Assembly (NCBI GenBank): GCA_040882055.1
Contig: JBBECA010000065.1
Span: 19,457-83,456 of the forward strand
DNA length: 64,000 bases
From: Nitriliruptor sp.
GTDB taxonomy: Bacteria; Actinomycetota; Nitriliruptoria; Nitriliruptorales; Nitriliruptoraceae
Reading direction: 5' to 3'
Position numbers and translations under genes: made by a program. Each line of letters starts with the position of its first letter. The stretch's first letter is position 1. The notes beneath the pieces were generated by a model. That model saw only the letters and a program-made list of their open reading frames with translations, was not told the DNA's origin and did not search any database. This document shows, one piece after another, positions 23,299 through 35,334 of this stretch.

Positions 23299-25803
23299 TC
23301 AGCCCACCACGAGGTTGACGAGCTTGCCGGGGACCACGATCACCTTGCGGACCTCACCGGTGAGCTGGTCGGCGAGCTCGCCGCGGGCCGCCGCCTCCAT
23401 CGCGTCCTGATCGGCCTCCGCCGGGACGGTGACGCGACCGCGGACCTTGCCGTTGACCTGCAGGACGACCTCGACCTCGTCGTCGACCAGCAGCAAGGTG
23501 TCGGCGACGGGCCAGGTCCGCAGGTGGATCGATCCCCGGTGCCCGAACCGGCCCCACAGCTCCTCGGTGATGAACGGGCAGATCGGCGCCAGGAGGGTCA
23601 GCAGCGTCTCGAGCGCCTCGCGGACGGCGGTCTCGGGCACCGTCGCCGGATCACGGGTCGCATCGAGCACGGCGTTGGTCAGGCTCATCAGCTTGGCGAT
23701 GACGGTGTTGTACTTGCGCTGGTCGTAGTCGGCGGAGACGCCGACGATGGCCTCGGCGGTCGCACGCCGGAGCGTCCCGGCCAGGTCCGCATCCCCCTCG
23801 CCGAGCCCCGCCGCGGCGGTCCGCGCGAGGTGCTCGAGGCTCAACCGCCAGACGCGCGCGAGCCACTTGTGCATCCCCGCCGGCGACACGTCGGCCCAGT
23901 CGATGTCGTCCTCGGGCGCGGACGCGAACAGCATGGTGCCGCGGAGGGTGTCGGCGCCGTAGGTCTCGTAGACCTCGCCGGGGACCACGAGGTTGCCCTT
24001 CGACTTCGACATCGCCGAACCACCGAGGATCACCTGGCCCTGGTTGAGCAGCGCCTGGAACGGCTCGTCGGCGTCGACGTGCCCGCGGTCGCGCATCGCC
24101 CGGACCACGAAGCGGCTGTAGAGCAGGTGCAGGACGGCGTGCTCGACCCCGCCGGTGTACTGATCGACGGGCAGCCAGCGACCGGCGACGTCGACCGGCC
24201 ACGGCGCAATGTCCGAGGTGGGGTCGAGGAAGCGCAGGAAGTACCACGACGAGTCGACGAACGTGTCCAACGTGTCGACGTCGCGGACCGCGCCATCGCT
24301 GCCGCACGAGGGGCAGGCGACGTCGTGCTTCCAGGTCGGGTGGAGATCGAGCGGGGACCCCGCGACCGTGAAGTCGAGGTCGTCGGGCAACCGCACCGGC
24401 AGTTCGTCGACGGGGACCGGCACCTGGCCGCAGTCGGGGCAGTGCACGATCGGGACCGGGGCACCCCAGGAGCGCTGCCGCGACACGAGCCAGTCACGCA
24501 GGCGGTAGTTGACCGTCGCCTTGGCCTGCCCTCTGGCTTCGAGGTCGGCGGTGATGCGCTCCTTGGTCTCGCGCCAGTCGTGCCCGTCGTAGGGACCCGA
24601 GTTCACCGTCACGCCGTCCCCGGCGTAGGCGTCGGTCATGATGCTCTCGTCGAGGGTGGTGCCGTCCGGCGGCTGGATCACCACGCGGACCGGCAGGCCC
24701 TCCTGTCGGGCGAAGTCGAGGTCGCGCTGGTCGTGAGCGGGGACGGCCATGATCGCGCCCGTCCCGTAGTCGAGCAGCACGTAGTCCGCGGCGTACGCGG
24801 GCAGGGCCTCACCGGTCACCGGGTTGGTGACGTCGAAGTTCAGACGGTGGCCGCGCTTGGCGCGAGCGGCGCCCTTGGCGGCGTCCTCGGCGCCGAAGCC
24901 CGACACGCGCTCGACGTCGGAGCGGCTGGCGACCTCGTCCCGGAAGGCCTGGAAGTCGGCGTCGTCCGCCATGCGTTCGGCGACGAGGGGGTGCTCCGGC
25001 GCGAACACGAAGTAGGTGGCGCCGTAGAGGGTGTCGGGACGGGTGGTGTAGACCACGACCTCGTCGTCGCTGCCGGCCACCGTGAAGGTGACCTCGGCCC
25101 CTTCGGAGCGACCGATCCAGTTGCGCTGGGCGTTCTTGACGCGGTCGGGCCAGTCGATGGTGTCGAGCCCCTCGAGCAGCTCGTCGGCGTAGTCGGTGAT
25201 CCGGAAGAACCACTGCGTGCGTGGGACCCGCTGGATCATGGCACCCGACCGTTCGCCGCGCCCATCGATGACCTGCTCGTTGGCGAGCACCGTCTGGTCG
25301 ACCGGATCCCAGTTGACGAGCGCTTCGCGGCGGTAGGCGAGGCCCGCGTCGTAGAGCTCGACGAACAGCCACTGGGTCCAGCGGTAGTACTCCGGGTCGC
25401 AGGTGTGCAGCACCCGGTCCCAGTCGAACGAGTAGCCGAGCCGGACGATGGTGTCGCGCTGTTCGTCGATGTTGGCGTAGGTCCACGCCTTCGGATCGGC
25501 ACCGCGGTTCCGGGCCGCGTTCTCGGCCGGCAGCCCGAACGCATCCCACCCGATCGGGTTGAGGACCGTGCGCCCCGTCATACGCAGGTGACGCACCAGC
25601 GCGTCGTGGATCGAGAAGATCTCCGCGTGCCCCATGTGGAGGTCGCCCGAGGGGTAGGGGAACATCGTGAGGGCGTAGAACCCGTCCTCGGCCGCCCCCT
25701 CCCCGGCGAGGTCGGGCTGGCTGAAGGTGCGTTCGTCGTGCCAGCGCTCGGCGTGCGCGGGCTCGAAGCTCGCCGGGTCGTAACGTTCGATCTCGGTGGT
25801 CAC
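23299..25803 (-). CDS. leuS: Leucine--tRNA ligase
   Basis: [58 protein letters not shown]. Confidence 0.97.
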   Translation of the reverse strand: MTTEIERYDPASFEPAHAERWHDERTFSQPDLAGEGAAEDGFYALTMFPYPSGDLHMGHAEIFSIHDALVRHLRMTGRTVLNPIGWDAFGLPAENAARNRGADPKAWTYANIDEQRDTIVRLGYSFDWDRVLHTCDPEYYRWTQWLFVELYDAGLAYRREALVNWDPVDQTVLANEQVIDGRGERSGAMIQRVPRTQWFFRITDYADELLEGLDTIDWPDRVKNAQRNWIGRSEGAEVTFTVAGSDDEVVVYTTRPDTLYGATYFVFAPEHPLVAERMADDADFQAFRDEVASRSDVERVSGFGAEDAAKGAARAKRGHRLNFDVTNPVTGEALPAYAADYVLLDYGTGAIMAVPAHDQRDLDFARQEGLPVRVVIQPPDGTTLDESIMTDAYAGDGVTVNSGPYDGHDWRETKERITADLEARGQAKATVNYRLRDWLVSRQRSWGAPVPIVHCPDCGQVPVPVDELPVRLPDDLDFTVAGSPLDLHPTWKHDVACPSCGSDGAVRDVDTLDTFVDSSWYFLRFLDPTSDIAPWPVDVAGRWLPVDQYTGGVEHAVLHLLYSRFVVRAMRDRGHVDADEPFQALLNQGQVILGGSAMSKSKGNLVVPGEVYETYGADTLRGTMLFASAPEDDIDWADVSPAGMHKWLARVWRLSLEHLARTAAAGLGEGDADLAGTLRRATAEAIVGVSADYDQRKYNTVIAKLMSLTNAVLDATRDPATVPETAVREALETLLTLLAPICPFITEELWGRFGHRGSIHLRTWPVADTLLLVDDEVEVVLQVNGKVRGRVTVPAEADQDAMEAAARGELADQLTGEVRKVIVVPGKLVNLVVG

Positions 25804-25959
25804 GGGGCGCCTCGGGAGGGCGGGCAGGGGTCGCGCGGAGGGTAGCCGCAGCCCTCAGACGGGCCGTTCGCTCACCCCGCAGCGACCGGGTTCGCTCCCC
25901 CCACCGGTGCCGTGTACGCTCCGCGGCCGCACGCCTGGTCCCGCCCGGCGCGCGATCTC

Positions 25960-26033
25960 GGGCCGGTAGCGCAGCCTGGCAGCGCACCTCCATGGCATGG
26001 AGGGGGTCGTGGGTTCAAATCCCATCCGGTCCA
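25960..26033 (+). tRNA. tRNA-Ala(GGC); CCA not encoded
   Basis: Cloverleaf with acceptor stem GGGCCGG/CCGGTCC carrying G3:U70, anticodon arm CCTCC-ATGGCAT-GGAGG (GGC at 25994-25996), T-loop TTCAAAT, discriminator A. Confidence 0.96.
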
Positions 26034-26052
26034 CAGTCGACGCCCCGAGGAT

Positions 26053-26081
26053 CCCCCGTCAGCCCTTCGCTGGCGGGGGTT
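26053..26081 (+). terminator. Hairpin after tRNA-Ala
   Basis: CCCCCGTCAGC-CCTTC-GCTGGCGGGGG-TT. Confidence 0.6.
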
Positions 26082-26165
26082 CGCCGTCTCCGGAGCATCA
26101 CGTGGGGGCTCGCTGCGCGACGGTCGCGTTCCGACGATCGTGGTCCTGGGGCTCGCCCTCCTCGC

Positions 26166-26528
26166 TCAGCCGAGCTTCGCTCTGGCGTGCTCGCTGAACC
26201 GGTGCATGTCCGCGACCGGGCCGACCTCGAGGAACGCGGTGTCGACCGGCGCGTGGGCGGTGTGCCCCGCCGGCCAGTAGTAGGCCTCGCCGGCGGAGGT
26301 GGCCTCCTCGGTGCCGTCGTGGTGGGTGAGCGTGATCGTTCCCTCGAGCACGATGCCCCAGTGGTGGCTCGGGCAGCGATCACCCGGCAGCCCCTCGAGC
26401 ACCGGGCTCATGTCGGTGCCGGCTGGCACGCGTGCGTACCGGACGCCCATGTCACCCCACTCGATGTAGCGGGTGACGAGGTCGCCGGCCTCGAGTTCGA
26501 TCGGCAGGTCGTCGAGCGCTTCCTTCAT
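26166..26528 (-). CDS. Cupin-domain protein
   Basis: GLPGDRCPSHHWGIVLEG...AGEAYYWPAGH; GGAGAGAG RBS. Confidence 0.8.
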   Translation of the reverse strand: MKEALDDLPIELEAGDLVTRYIEWGDMGVRYARVPAGTDMSPVLEGLPGDRCPSHHWGIVLEGTITLTHHDGTEEATSAGEAYYWPAGHTAHAPVDTAFLEVGPVADMHRFSEHARAKLG

Positions 26529-26585
26529 CGGTCTCTCTCCTCGTCGATCCGGGTGGGCTCTGCGGTTGGGTCGTGGGCACCGCGG

Positions 26586-26987
26586 TCAGCGGTGCCAGCT
26601 CTCGAGTCCGGCGACCGGCAACCCCGCCTGCTCCCAGGCCTGGATGCCGCCGTCGAGGTGCGCGACGTCGCGGTACCCGAGGTCGAGGAGCGCCGCCGCG
26701 GCGAGCGCGGAGCGGCTCCCGGCCGCGCAGTACACGATCGTCGTGCGCGCGGGATCGAACATCGGCCGGTGCGAGGGGCTCGTCGGGTCGGCCCAGAACT
26801 CGAGCAGTCCCCGCGGCACGTGGAACGCGCCGGCGATGAGGCCCTGGTCGTCCAGCTCCTCCGGCTCGCGGACGTCGATCAGGATGCTCTCCTGGCCCAA
26901 CGTGTGCGCCTCCACCTCCGACGGGGTGAGACCGCGGATCCGGGACCGTGCGTCGCGGACCAGATCTCCGACCGTGGTGCTGCTCAT
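26586..26987 (-). CDS. Rhodanese-like domain protein
   Basis: IDVRE, HVPRGLLEF, YCAAGSRSA, HLDGGIQAW. Confidence 0.92.
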   Translation of the reverse strand: MSSTTVGDLVRDARSRIRGLTPSEVEAHTLGQESILIDVREPEELDDQGLIAGAFHVPRGLLEFWADPTSPSHRPMFDPARTTIVYCAAGSRSALAAAALLDLGYRDVAHLDGGIQAWEQAGLPVAGLESWHR

Positions 26988-27152
26988 GTCGCGCTCCTCG
27001 CCGCCGTGCCGGTGGATGGCCGGTCGTCGAGTGGGCGGAAGGAAACGTGTTCCCGCGGGAAGGACACCCAGGGCCCGGTCCTGTCACAGCCGCTGGAACC
27101 GACCCTTCCGGCCGGTGCGCCACCTACGCTGTGGACGAGGAGAGGCGCACGC

Positions 27153-29261
27153 ATGGACGTGGGCGGGAGCTCCGACGTCGCCACCGTCGACCGTGCCCGG
27201 GACGACATCGGGCGGGGCGATTGGTCGGGGGCGTTCACGCTCCTGACCCACGAACAGACCGAACGTGATCTGACCCTCCTCGAGCTGGATCTCCTGGCAC
27301 GGGCGGCCTACGGCGCCGGCGAGTTCGAGGCCTCGCTCACGGCCTGGGAGCAGCTGCACGCCGCGTGCGTCGCTTCCGGTGACCACCTCGCCGGCGCTGG
27401 AGCCGCGGCGACGGTCGCGATGTACCTGATGATGGATACCGGCCTCATGTCGCCCGTCCGCGGGTGGCTCCGCCGAGCCGAGCGCCTGCTCGAGAGCCAG
27501 GAGGAGCACGCCACGCACGCACTGATCGCGATGGTCCGCACCTACGAGCGGATCATGTGCGGTGACCTCGAGGAGGCTCGGCGCTGGTCCGCGCGCGCCA
27601 TCGAGATCGGGACCCGTCACGACGCGGCGGCGCCGACGGCCATCGCGCGGATCGCCGCAGCGAGGCTGCTGATCCTCGACGGACGGGTCGACGACGGCCT
27701 GCACCTCCTCGACGAGGCAGCGGTCGCGCTGGTCTCGAGCGATCTCGATCCGTTGACGGTGGGGATCGTCTACTGCGAGCTCATCTGTGCGATGCAGGGC
27801 CTCGCCCAGTTCGACCGTGCCGAGGAGTGGACCGACGCGATGGACCGTTGGCGGCGCGACGTGGCGTTCGGCGCCATCAGCGGCCGTTGTCGCGTCCACC
27901 GGGCCGAGATCCTGCGGCTGCGCGGTTCTTGCGAGGAGGCCGAGGAGGAGGCGCTGCACGCCTGCGCCGAGCTCCGCCCGTGGATGCGACGCGAGTACGG
28001 GTGGCCGCTCACCGAGCTCGGGACGATCCGGCTCCGCAAGGGCGACCTCGCCGCCGCGGAGGAGGCGTTCCTCGCCGCGCACGAGCACGGGTGGGATCCG
28101 CAGCCTGGCCTCGCGCTCCTGCGGCTGGCCACGGGCGACGTCGCCGGCGCGCGGGGGCTGATCCGCGAGGCGCTGGAACGGCCGGCCGACCTGCCATCGA
28201 AGGAGCGCCCGCCTCGCTCGGAGCTGTGCCGCGCCCCGCTCCTCGAGGCCGAGGTGGAGATCGCGATCGCCTCCGGCGATGTCGCGTCCGCGGCGCGTGC
28301 GGCGGACGAGTTGAACGCGACCGCCGGGGTGTTCCGCAGCCGCGGCCTCGACGGCAGCGCCGCGCTCGCGCGGGCGCGCGTCGCCCTGGCGAACGGCGAC
28401 GCCGCGACGGCGGTCATCGCCGCCGAAGCGTCCGTCCGCGCCTGGTCCGACATCGGAGCGCCGTACGAGACCGCCGTCGCCCGCCAGGTGCTCGCCGCGG
28501 CGCTGCGGGCCACGGGGAACGACGAGCGCGCTGGCCTCGAATCGCGTGCCGCTGCCACCGCGCTGTCGCGCATCGGGGCGTGGCGCCGACCGGACGACGC
28601 GCCGCCCATCCGCTCGGTCCCGCCGAGGACCGGACCGGGCGTGGCGCCGGCCCCGGGGCACCATCCGGCGAACGTCTTCCGGCTCGAGGGCGACACCCGG
28701 ACCATCGCGTTCGATGGCCGGGAGGTCCTGCTCCGCGATCTCAAGGGCATGCGCTACATCGCACGGCTGCTCGCAGCGCCGGGCCGCGAGTTCCACGTGC
28801 TCGACCTCGTCGGCGCCGACGTCGGTCCGATCTCCGGGGAGTCGGTGAGCCCCGCCTCGGTCGCTGCCGATGGGCTGTCGTTGGTGACCCGTGACGGGCT
28901 CGGACCGGTGATCGACGACCAGGCCCGGGACGCCTACCGCCGTCGGCTCACCGAGGTGGAGGACGAGATCGATGAGGCCACGCGCCACGGCGACCCGGAA
29001 CGAGCGGCCTTGGCGACCGCCGACCGCGCCTACCTCGTCGCCGAACTGACGGGCGCGTTCGGGCTCCGCGGCCGACGGCGCGAGGCCGGTTCCAGCTCGG
29101 AACGGGCGCGCGCCAGCGTCACCCGCGCCATCCGGTACGCCCTCGGCCGGATCGGAGAGCACCACCAGCCGCTCGCGACACACCTCGGTCGGACGCTCGC
29201 CACCGGCACCTACTGCAGCTACGTCCCCGATCCCCGGGTCCCCATCACCTGGCGGACCTGA
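27153..29261 (+). CDS. MalT-like TPR transcriptional regulator with C-terminal DNA-binding region
   Basis: Helical TPR-like body. C-terminal LKGMRYIARLL...ARDAYRRRL...ERARASVTRAIR...TGTYCSY region typical of actinobacterial large regulators. Divergent from the rhodanese/cupin genes. Confidence 0.75.
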   Translation: MDVGGSSDVATVDRARDDIGRGDWSGAFTLLTHEQTERDLTLLELDLLARAAYGAGEFEASLTAWEQLHAACVASGDHLAGAGAAATVAMYLMMDTGLMSPVRGWLRRAERLLESQEEHATHALIAMVRTYERIMCGDLEEARRWSARAIEIGTRHDAAAPTAIARIAAARLLILDGRVDDGLHLLDEAAVALVSSDLDPLTVGIVYCELICAMQGLAQFDRAEEWTDAMDRWRRDVAFGAISGRCRVHRAEILRLRGSCEEAEEEALHACAELRPWMRREYGWPLTELGTIRLRKGDLAAAEEAFLAAHEHGWDPQPGLALLRLATGDVAGARGLIREALERPADLPSKERPPRSELCRAPLLEAEVEIAIASGDVASAARAADELNATAGVFRSRGLDGSAALARARVALANGDAATAVIAAEASVRAWSDIGAPYETAVARQVLAAALRATGNDERAGLESRAAATALSRIGAWRRPDDAPPIRSVPPRTGPGVAPAPGHHPANVFRLEGDTRTIAFDGREVLLRDLKGMRYIARLLAAPGREFHVLDLVGADVGPISGESVSPASVAADGLSLVTRDGLGPVIDDQARDAYRRRLTEVEDEIDEATRHGDPERAALATADRAYLVAELTGAFGLRGRRREAGSSSERARASVTRAIRYALGRIGEHHQPLATHLGRTLATGTYCSYVPDPRVPITWRT

Positions 29262-29271
29262 GTCCGCGGTG

Positions 29272-29970
29272 TCAGCAGGTCGGCAGACGCAGGATGAACC
29301 GCGACCCGCGGACCTCGGCGGGCTCGACGTGGAGGCCGCCGCCGTGGGCCTCGGCGATGGCGCGGGAGATGTACAGCCCGACACCGAGCCCCTCATGACC
29401 GCGGCTCTCGCCGCGGGCACCCTTCTGGAACAGCCGCTCGGCGTCCTCGGGGGCGACGCCGAAACCGTGGTTGCGCACCTCGATGCTGGCCCACCCATCG
29501 TCCGCGGTCAGCGTCACCTCGATGGGTTCGCCGTCCGGGCTGTACTTCGAGGCGTTCACCATGAGGTTGAACAGCACCTGCCTGACCCGGGTCTGATCGG
29601 CATCGACCTTGACCTCCTTGTCCGGCGTGCGCACCGTGACCGGGTGCTGGTCCGCGATGGTGTGGCTGAGGTCGGCGATCGTCCGTGCGACGACCGCGCC
29701 GAGCTCGAAGGGTGATCGCTGGAGCCGGAGATCGTCGGCGCTCGCGGTGGTGTCCCGCAGCCGTTGCAGGAGGAGGAGCGCCAGGTCGATGTTCTCCGAC
29801 ACCCGACCGGCGTACTCGGCAGCCTCACCATCCACGCCGTCCAGCTGATCGGCTAGCACCGAGCTGTACCCCTGGGCGACCACGAGCGGACTGACGAGCT
29901 CGTGCGCGATGAGCGCCAACCGTCGCTCGAGCTCCTGTTCGGTGATCATCCCATCGGGCGCCGCACCCAC
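29272..29970 (-). CDS. Orphan histidine kinase (HisKA plus HATPase, no sensor domain); start uncertain
   Basis: IAHELVSPL, QVLFNLMVNASKY, NHGFGV, GLGVGLYI, HGG; GTG after AAGGAGG. Confidence 0.85.
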   Translation of the reverse strand: MGAAPDGMITEQELERRLALIAHELVSPLVVAQGYSSVLADQLDGVDGEAAEYAGRVSENIDLALLLLQRLRDTTASADDLRLQRSPFELGAVVARTIADLSHTIADQHPVTVRTPDKEVKVDADQTRVRQVLFNLMVNASKYSPDGEPIEVTLTADDGWASIEVRNHGFGVAPEDAERLFQKGARGESRGHEGLGVGLYISRAIAEAHGGGLHVEPAEVRGSRFILRLPTC

Positions 29971-30102
29971 CACCGCCTCCTTCCACCCCGGGACCACAGG
30001 GAGGCCGAGGTCGTCCGCGACGGTAGGCCAACCCATCGGTCTCGAGACCGCGCTCAGCCTGGCCGACGGCCGGGGAACCTCGGTCCTGGACCGTCCGTGT
30101 GG

Positions 30103-31599
<1,497 letters not shown>

Positions 31600-32286
31600 T
31601 CACCGGCCGACGGGAGGGCCATGGACCCGGGCCGCGGCACCCCCCGCGGGGACCCCACCGCTGCGCAGGTGCACCGGCAGGTGGCCCACCTCGTTCCACC
31701 GATCGATGAGCACGTGCACCGCGTCCGCATCGCTGGTGAGCAGGTGGTGCAGCGAGGCGTTGTCCACCCCACCGAAGGTCCCGGGGGCCAGACCCGCGAC
31801 GCGGTGGATCCCGTTCCAGACCGGCCCACCGTGGGTGACCGCGATGGTGGTCCCGCCCGCTCCGGTCGAGGCGAGCAGCTCGCGCAGGACGGGCTCAACG
31901 CGGTCGGCGAGGGCCTCGGCGGACTCGCCCCCGACCTCGCCGATCAGGTCCTCGCCAGACAGCCACCGCTGCCACCGTTGCGGCTCGCTCGCCGCCACCT
32001 CGTCGCGGAGGCGCTGCTCCCACTGGCCGAAGGAACGTTCGCGCAGCCGCGGGTCGAAGCGGGCCGACCGCCCGAGCATCGCCTCGAGCGGTGCGACGGT
32101 CTCACGGGTGCGCTGCAGGTCCGAGCTCACCAGGTGCGCATCCGGGTACGCAACCACCAACGCCGTGGCGGTCGCCACCGCCTGCGCGTGGCCGCGCGGC
32201 GACAGGCCAGCACACGATTGACCCTGGATCCGACCCTCGGCGTTCCAGAGCGATTCGCCGTGCCTGACGAGGACGAGCCGTCTCAC
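31600..32286 (-). CDS. Histidine phosphatase family (phosphoglycerate mutase-like)
   Basis: LVRHGES, SSDLQR, RERSFG, VTHGG; follows rsfS as is usual in actinobacteria. Confidence 0.9.
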   Translation of the reverse strand: MRRLVLVRHGESLWNAEGRIQGQSCAGLSPRGHAQAVATATALVVAYPDAHLVSSDLQRTRETVAPLEAMLGRSARFDPRLRERSFGQWEQRLRDEVAASEPQRWQRWLSGEDLIGEVGGESAEALADRVEPVLRELLASTGAGGTTIAVTHGGPVWNGIHRVAGLAPGTFGGVDNASLHHLLTSDADAVHVLIDRWNEVGHLPVHLRSGGVPAGGAAARVHGPPVGR

Positions 32287-32840
32287 CGCTCGTCCGCGGC
32301 CCCGACGTCGATGTCGTCCACGTCCTCGGACACGTCCGCCCCGACCTCGTCGTCGCCGAACTCATCGTCGCCGAGCTCGATGTCGAAGGGGTTCGGGACC
32401 CGTCCCCCGACCACGTCGGTCTCACGCTCGGCGCCGGCGCCGGGCTGCGGCGCGGCGGTGCGCTCACCGGAGGTGACGTCCCGGCGGGGGACGTCGGCCC
32501 ACAGCCGGTCGAGCGCGTAGTAGTCGCGCTGTTCCTCGCCGAACACGTGGCACACGATGTCCCCGTAGTCGAGCAGGACCCAGCCCGACGCGGGCTCGCC
32601 TTCACGTCGCAGGACCTTGCGGTCGTGGTCCTCGCGCAGGCGCTCCTCGATGCGGTCCGCGACCGCGCGGATCTGCCGATCGGAGGTCGCGGTCGCGAGC
32701 ACGAACAGGTCGACCACCGCGAGGATGTCGGCGACCTCGAGGATCGAGAGGTCGGTCGCCTTGCGGTCGTCGGCGGCATCCACCGCGGTGATGGCCAGCG
32801 TGACGGCCTCGTCGGTCGCGGGCACGGTGCTCCTCGTCAT
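32283..32840 (-). CDS. rsfS: Ribosome silencing factor with acidic C-terminal extension
   Basis: AADDRKA, RQIRAVAD, WVLLDYGDIVCHVF..EQRDYYALDRLW. Confidence 0.93.
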   Translation of the reverse strand: MTRSTVPATDEAVTLAITAVDAADDRKATDLSILEVADILAVVDLFVLATATSDRQIRAVADRIEERLREDHDRKVLRREGEPASGWVLLDYGDIVCHVFGEEQRDYYALDRLWADVPRRDVTSGERTAAPQPGAGAERETDVVGGRVPNPFDIELGDDEFGDDEVGADVSEDVDDIDVGAADER

Positions 32841-32934
32841 CGGTTCGTGGGGTCGGTCGGCTGCTGCTCCCGGCGGAGCGCCGCGTGACCGAGACCGGCC
32901 AGGGAACCACACCGGCTCGAACGCCGTGGTGCCG

Positions 32935-34320
32935 TCAGCCGGCTGCGGGGAAGTCCCGGCCGATGACGATGGTGAGATCGACCACGGACTGCGGGGTGCC
33001 CGAGCGCTCGATCTGCCCGACGCCCAGCCGTGCGCGGATGTCCCGGGCCGCGGCCAGCGTCCCGGGCTCCTCGTCGTAGACCACGATGCGAGACACCTCG
33101 TAGCTGAACCGATCGGCGTTCCCGGTCAGCAGGACCCGGTACCCGGCGGGCTGGAGCACCGCGGCGACCTCGGCACCGATGCCCGGCTGGCCGTTGCCGT
33201 TGAGCAGCTGCAGGGTCCTGCCCCCCGCCACACCCGGGTCAGGGCGTGACGCTGCCAGACGGTCGTCGACCAAGGCATCGATGCGCTCGGCATCCGGCCG
33301 GTAGGCGTCCTCGGTCCCGGTGCCGAGTGGCGAGACGAACAACGTCAGCGTCGTCAGCTCGTCCGCGGCACGGGCGGTGGCGAGCTCGGCGAGCACGGTG
33401 CGGACCAGCGCGGGCCCGGCCACCTCAGCGGTGCCCTCGGGCGCGGGGTCGGGATCGACGGCGTCCACCACCTCGAGCTCGGGAGCACCGGCCTCGAACA
33501 CCGCATCGAGCCGCGCCGGATCCGCGACGATGCCGTCGAGCACGCCGACCAGCGCCGCCTGCACGCGCGGGAGGTGGTCGAGCTGCGACTCGTCGCCCGA
33601 CCGGAACGTCAGCAACGTCGCCAGTTCGTCGCCGGCCAGCTGCTGGGGACCCGCCGGCAGGAGGGTGGTACCGCTGCCGTCCTCGGCACGGTCGATCACC
33701 GGCGCACCGAGGGTGACCTCGGCCCCGCCGAGCCGGTCGAGCAGCGATGCCCACCCGTCCTCCGAGACGGTCACGACCGCGTCGCTACGGACGCCGAGGA
33801 GGTTGTCGAGGCTGACGCCGACCAGCGCGCTCCCGCCGAAGTCGAACGCCTCACCGAGGCGGAACGGCCCGTGGCCCGGCACGTCGGCGATGGTCGCCGG
33901 TGGGACCAACAGCACGGTCCCCTCACCCGAGTCGCGATCGACCGCCAACAACGCGATCGTCACGGCCTCGACACCGTCGGCGCCGTCGGCCGTGGTCACG
34001 ACCGTCAGGACCGGCTGTGGGTCGCCGGGCGCCGCGTCCGGGGCATCGATGGCCGGCGTGCCCGTGATCGGCTCGCGAGCACCGTCGACCAGGTTGAACG
34101 AGACCACCAGCACCCCGACCGCGACCGCAGCGAGCACCCCGACCACCACCAGCAACCACACCCTGGCGCGACGGCGACGAGCTCGGCTGGCCGTGGCCCG
34201 GCGCCCGTGCTGGCGCTGCGCCGAGCCTGGAGCTGCCGAAGCACCCTCGGCCTGGCGGCGACGCCGCCGTCGGACGGTGGGTGACGGTTCGTCGCCCGGC
34301 TGCCCGGTGCCGCCGGTCAC
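32935..34320 (-). CDS. LCP (LytR-CpsA-Psr) family protein with LytR C-terminal domain
   Basis: N-terminal TM, degenerate LCP core, C-terminal LLNGNGQPG...GNAD...DLTIVIGRDF. Confidence 0.8.
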   Translation of the reverse strand: MTGGTGQPGDEPSPTVRRRRRRQAEGASAAPGSAQRQHGRRATASRARRRRARVWLLVVVGVLAAVAVGVLVVSFNLVDGAREPITGTPAIDAPDAAPGDPQPVLTVVTTADGADGVEAVTIALLAVDRDSGEGTVLLVPPATIADVPGHGPFRLGEAFDFGGSALVGVSLDNLLGVRSDAVVTVSEDGWASLLDRLGGAEVTLGAPVIDRAEDGSGTTLLPAGPQQLAGDELATLLTFRSGDESQLDHLPRVQAALVGVLDGIVADPARLDAVFEAGAPELEVVDAVDPDPAPEGTAEVAGPALVRTVLAELATARAADELTTLTLFVSPLGTGTEDAYRPDAERIDALVDDRLAASRPDPGVAGGRTLQLLNGNGQPGIGAEVAAVLQPAGYRVLLTGNADRFSYEVSRIVVYDEEPGTLAAARDIRARLGVGQIERSGTPQSVVDLTIVIGRDFPAAG

Positions 34321-34913
34321 GGTGCCTCCGGCGCAGCGCCGTACAACCTGAGCTCGCGGACGGCATCGTCGACGGCGTCCGGTACGAGGTAGCGAGTCGC
34401 GAGGCCGGCGCCGAACCGGCGGCGCAGCTCGGTCGAGGACACTTCGAGCTGCGGCACCTCGAGGTGGACGACCTCGGCCGGGAGCGACGCCGCAGGTGGT
34501 GCCGGGTGGCCGGGTCGGGTCACGACCACGAAGGTCGCGAGGTCGAACGCCTCGGCCACCCGCTCCCAGCGCGGCAGGCCCGCCGCCGCGTCCTCACCGA
34601 GGACGAAGAACAGCTCGGCGTCGGGCTCGTCACGCCGGAGCTCCGCGAGGGTGTCGGCGGTGAACGTCGGACCGCCGCGCCTCACCTCGCGGGTGTCGAC
34701 GCGTAGGTGACGGTCGCAGGCCACCGCGGCCTCGGTGAGCCGCACGCGGTCGGCCGCGGAGCTGACCCCCGTCGACTTCATCCACGGCTCGCCGGCCACG
34801 AGCAGTCGGACCTCGTCGAGCTGCAGCTCCACGCGCGCGCACTCGGCCACCACGAGGTGGCCGAGGTGGGGCGGGTCGAAGGTGCCCCCGAGGAGACCGA
34901 GTCGTCGCGACAT
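34317..34913 (-). CDS. nadD: Nicotinate-nucleotide adenylyltransferase
   Basis: GGTFDPPHLGH, GEDA, VSSTELR; TAGCCT -10 lies 7 nt upstream (leaderless). Confidence 0.95.
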   Translation of the reverse strand: MSRRLGLLGGTFDPPHLGHLVVAECARVELQLDEVRLLVAGEPWMKSTGVSSAADRVRLTEAAVACDRHLRVDTREVRRGGPTFTADTLAELRRDEPDAELFFVLGEDAAAGLPRWERVAEAFDLATFVVVTRPGHPAPPAASLPAEVVHLEVPQLEVSSTELRRRFGAGLATRYLVPDAVDDAVRELRLYGAAPEAP

Positions 34914-34998
34914 CGCCCTGAGGCTACTGCCGGCGACCCTCGCGGCACCGACACCGGCACGTAGGCTGACGGGCCGCTCGCCGCCACCGAGGTCGATC

Positions 34999-35334
34999 GT
35001 GATCCGTCACCTGGTGTTCTTCACCGCCCGAGATGCGGCGGACCTGCCGACCATGCGCGCGACCTTCCAGACGCTGGCAGCCATCCCCGGCGTGCGCGCC
35101 TTCGAGGTCGGGACCAACACCCGCAGCGACCAGCGCACCGACGACGAGCCCGACCTGGTCGTCCACGCGGTGTTCGACGACGCCGACGCGCTGGCCGCCT
35201 ACAAGGCCCACCCCACCTACCAGCGGTCGATCGCCGTGGTCCGTCCGCTCCGCGAGCTGCGCATCGCGGTGGACTACGAGGTCGACGCCCCCGCCCCGCC
35301 AGCTCCCCGTGCCCCCCATCAGCCGCTGTCGTAG
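34999..35334 (+). CDS. Dabb family (stress-responsive alpha/beta barrel) protein
   Basis: IRHLVFF...IPGV...FDD..ALAAYKAHP...VDYE. Confidence 0.85.
   Translation: MIRHLVFFTARDAADLPTMRATFQTLAAIPGVRAFEVGTNTRSDQRTDDEPDLVVHAVFDDADALAAYKAHPTYQRSIAVVRPLRELRIAVDYEVDAPAPPAPRAPHQPLS

Noticed and set aside
25960-30100. Integrative element at tRNA-Ala
   Set aside because: No integrase and no duplicated tRNA 3' end were seen downstream.
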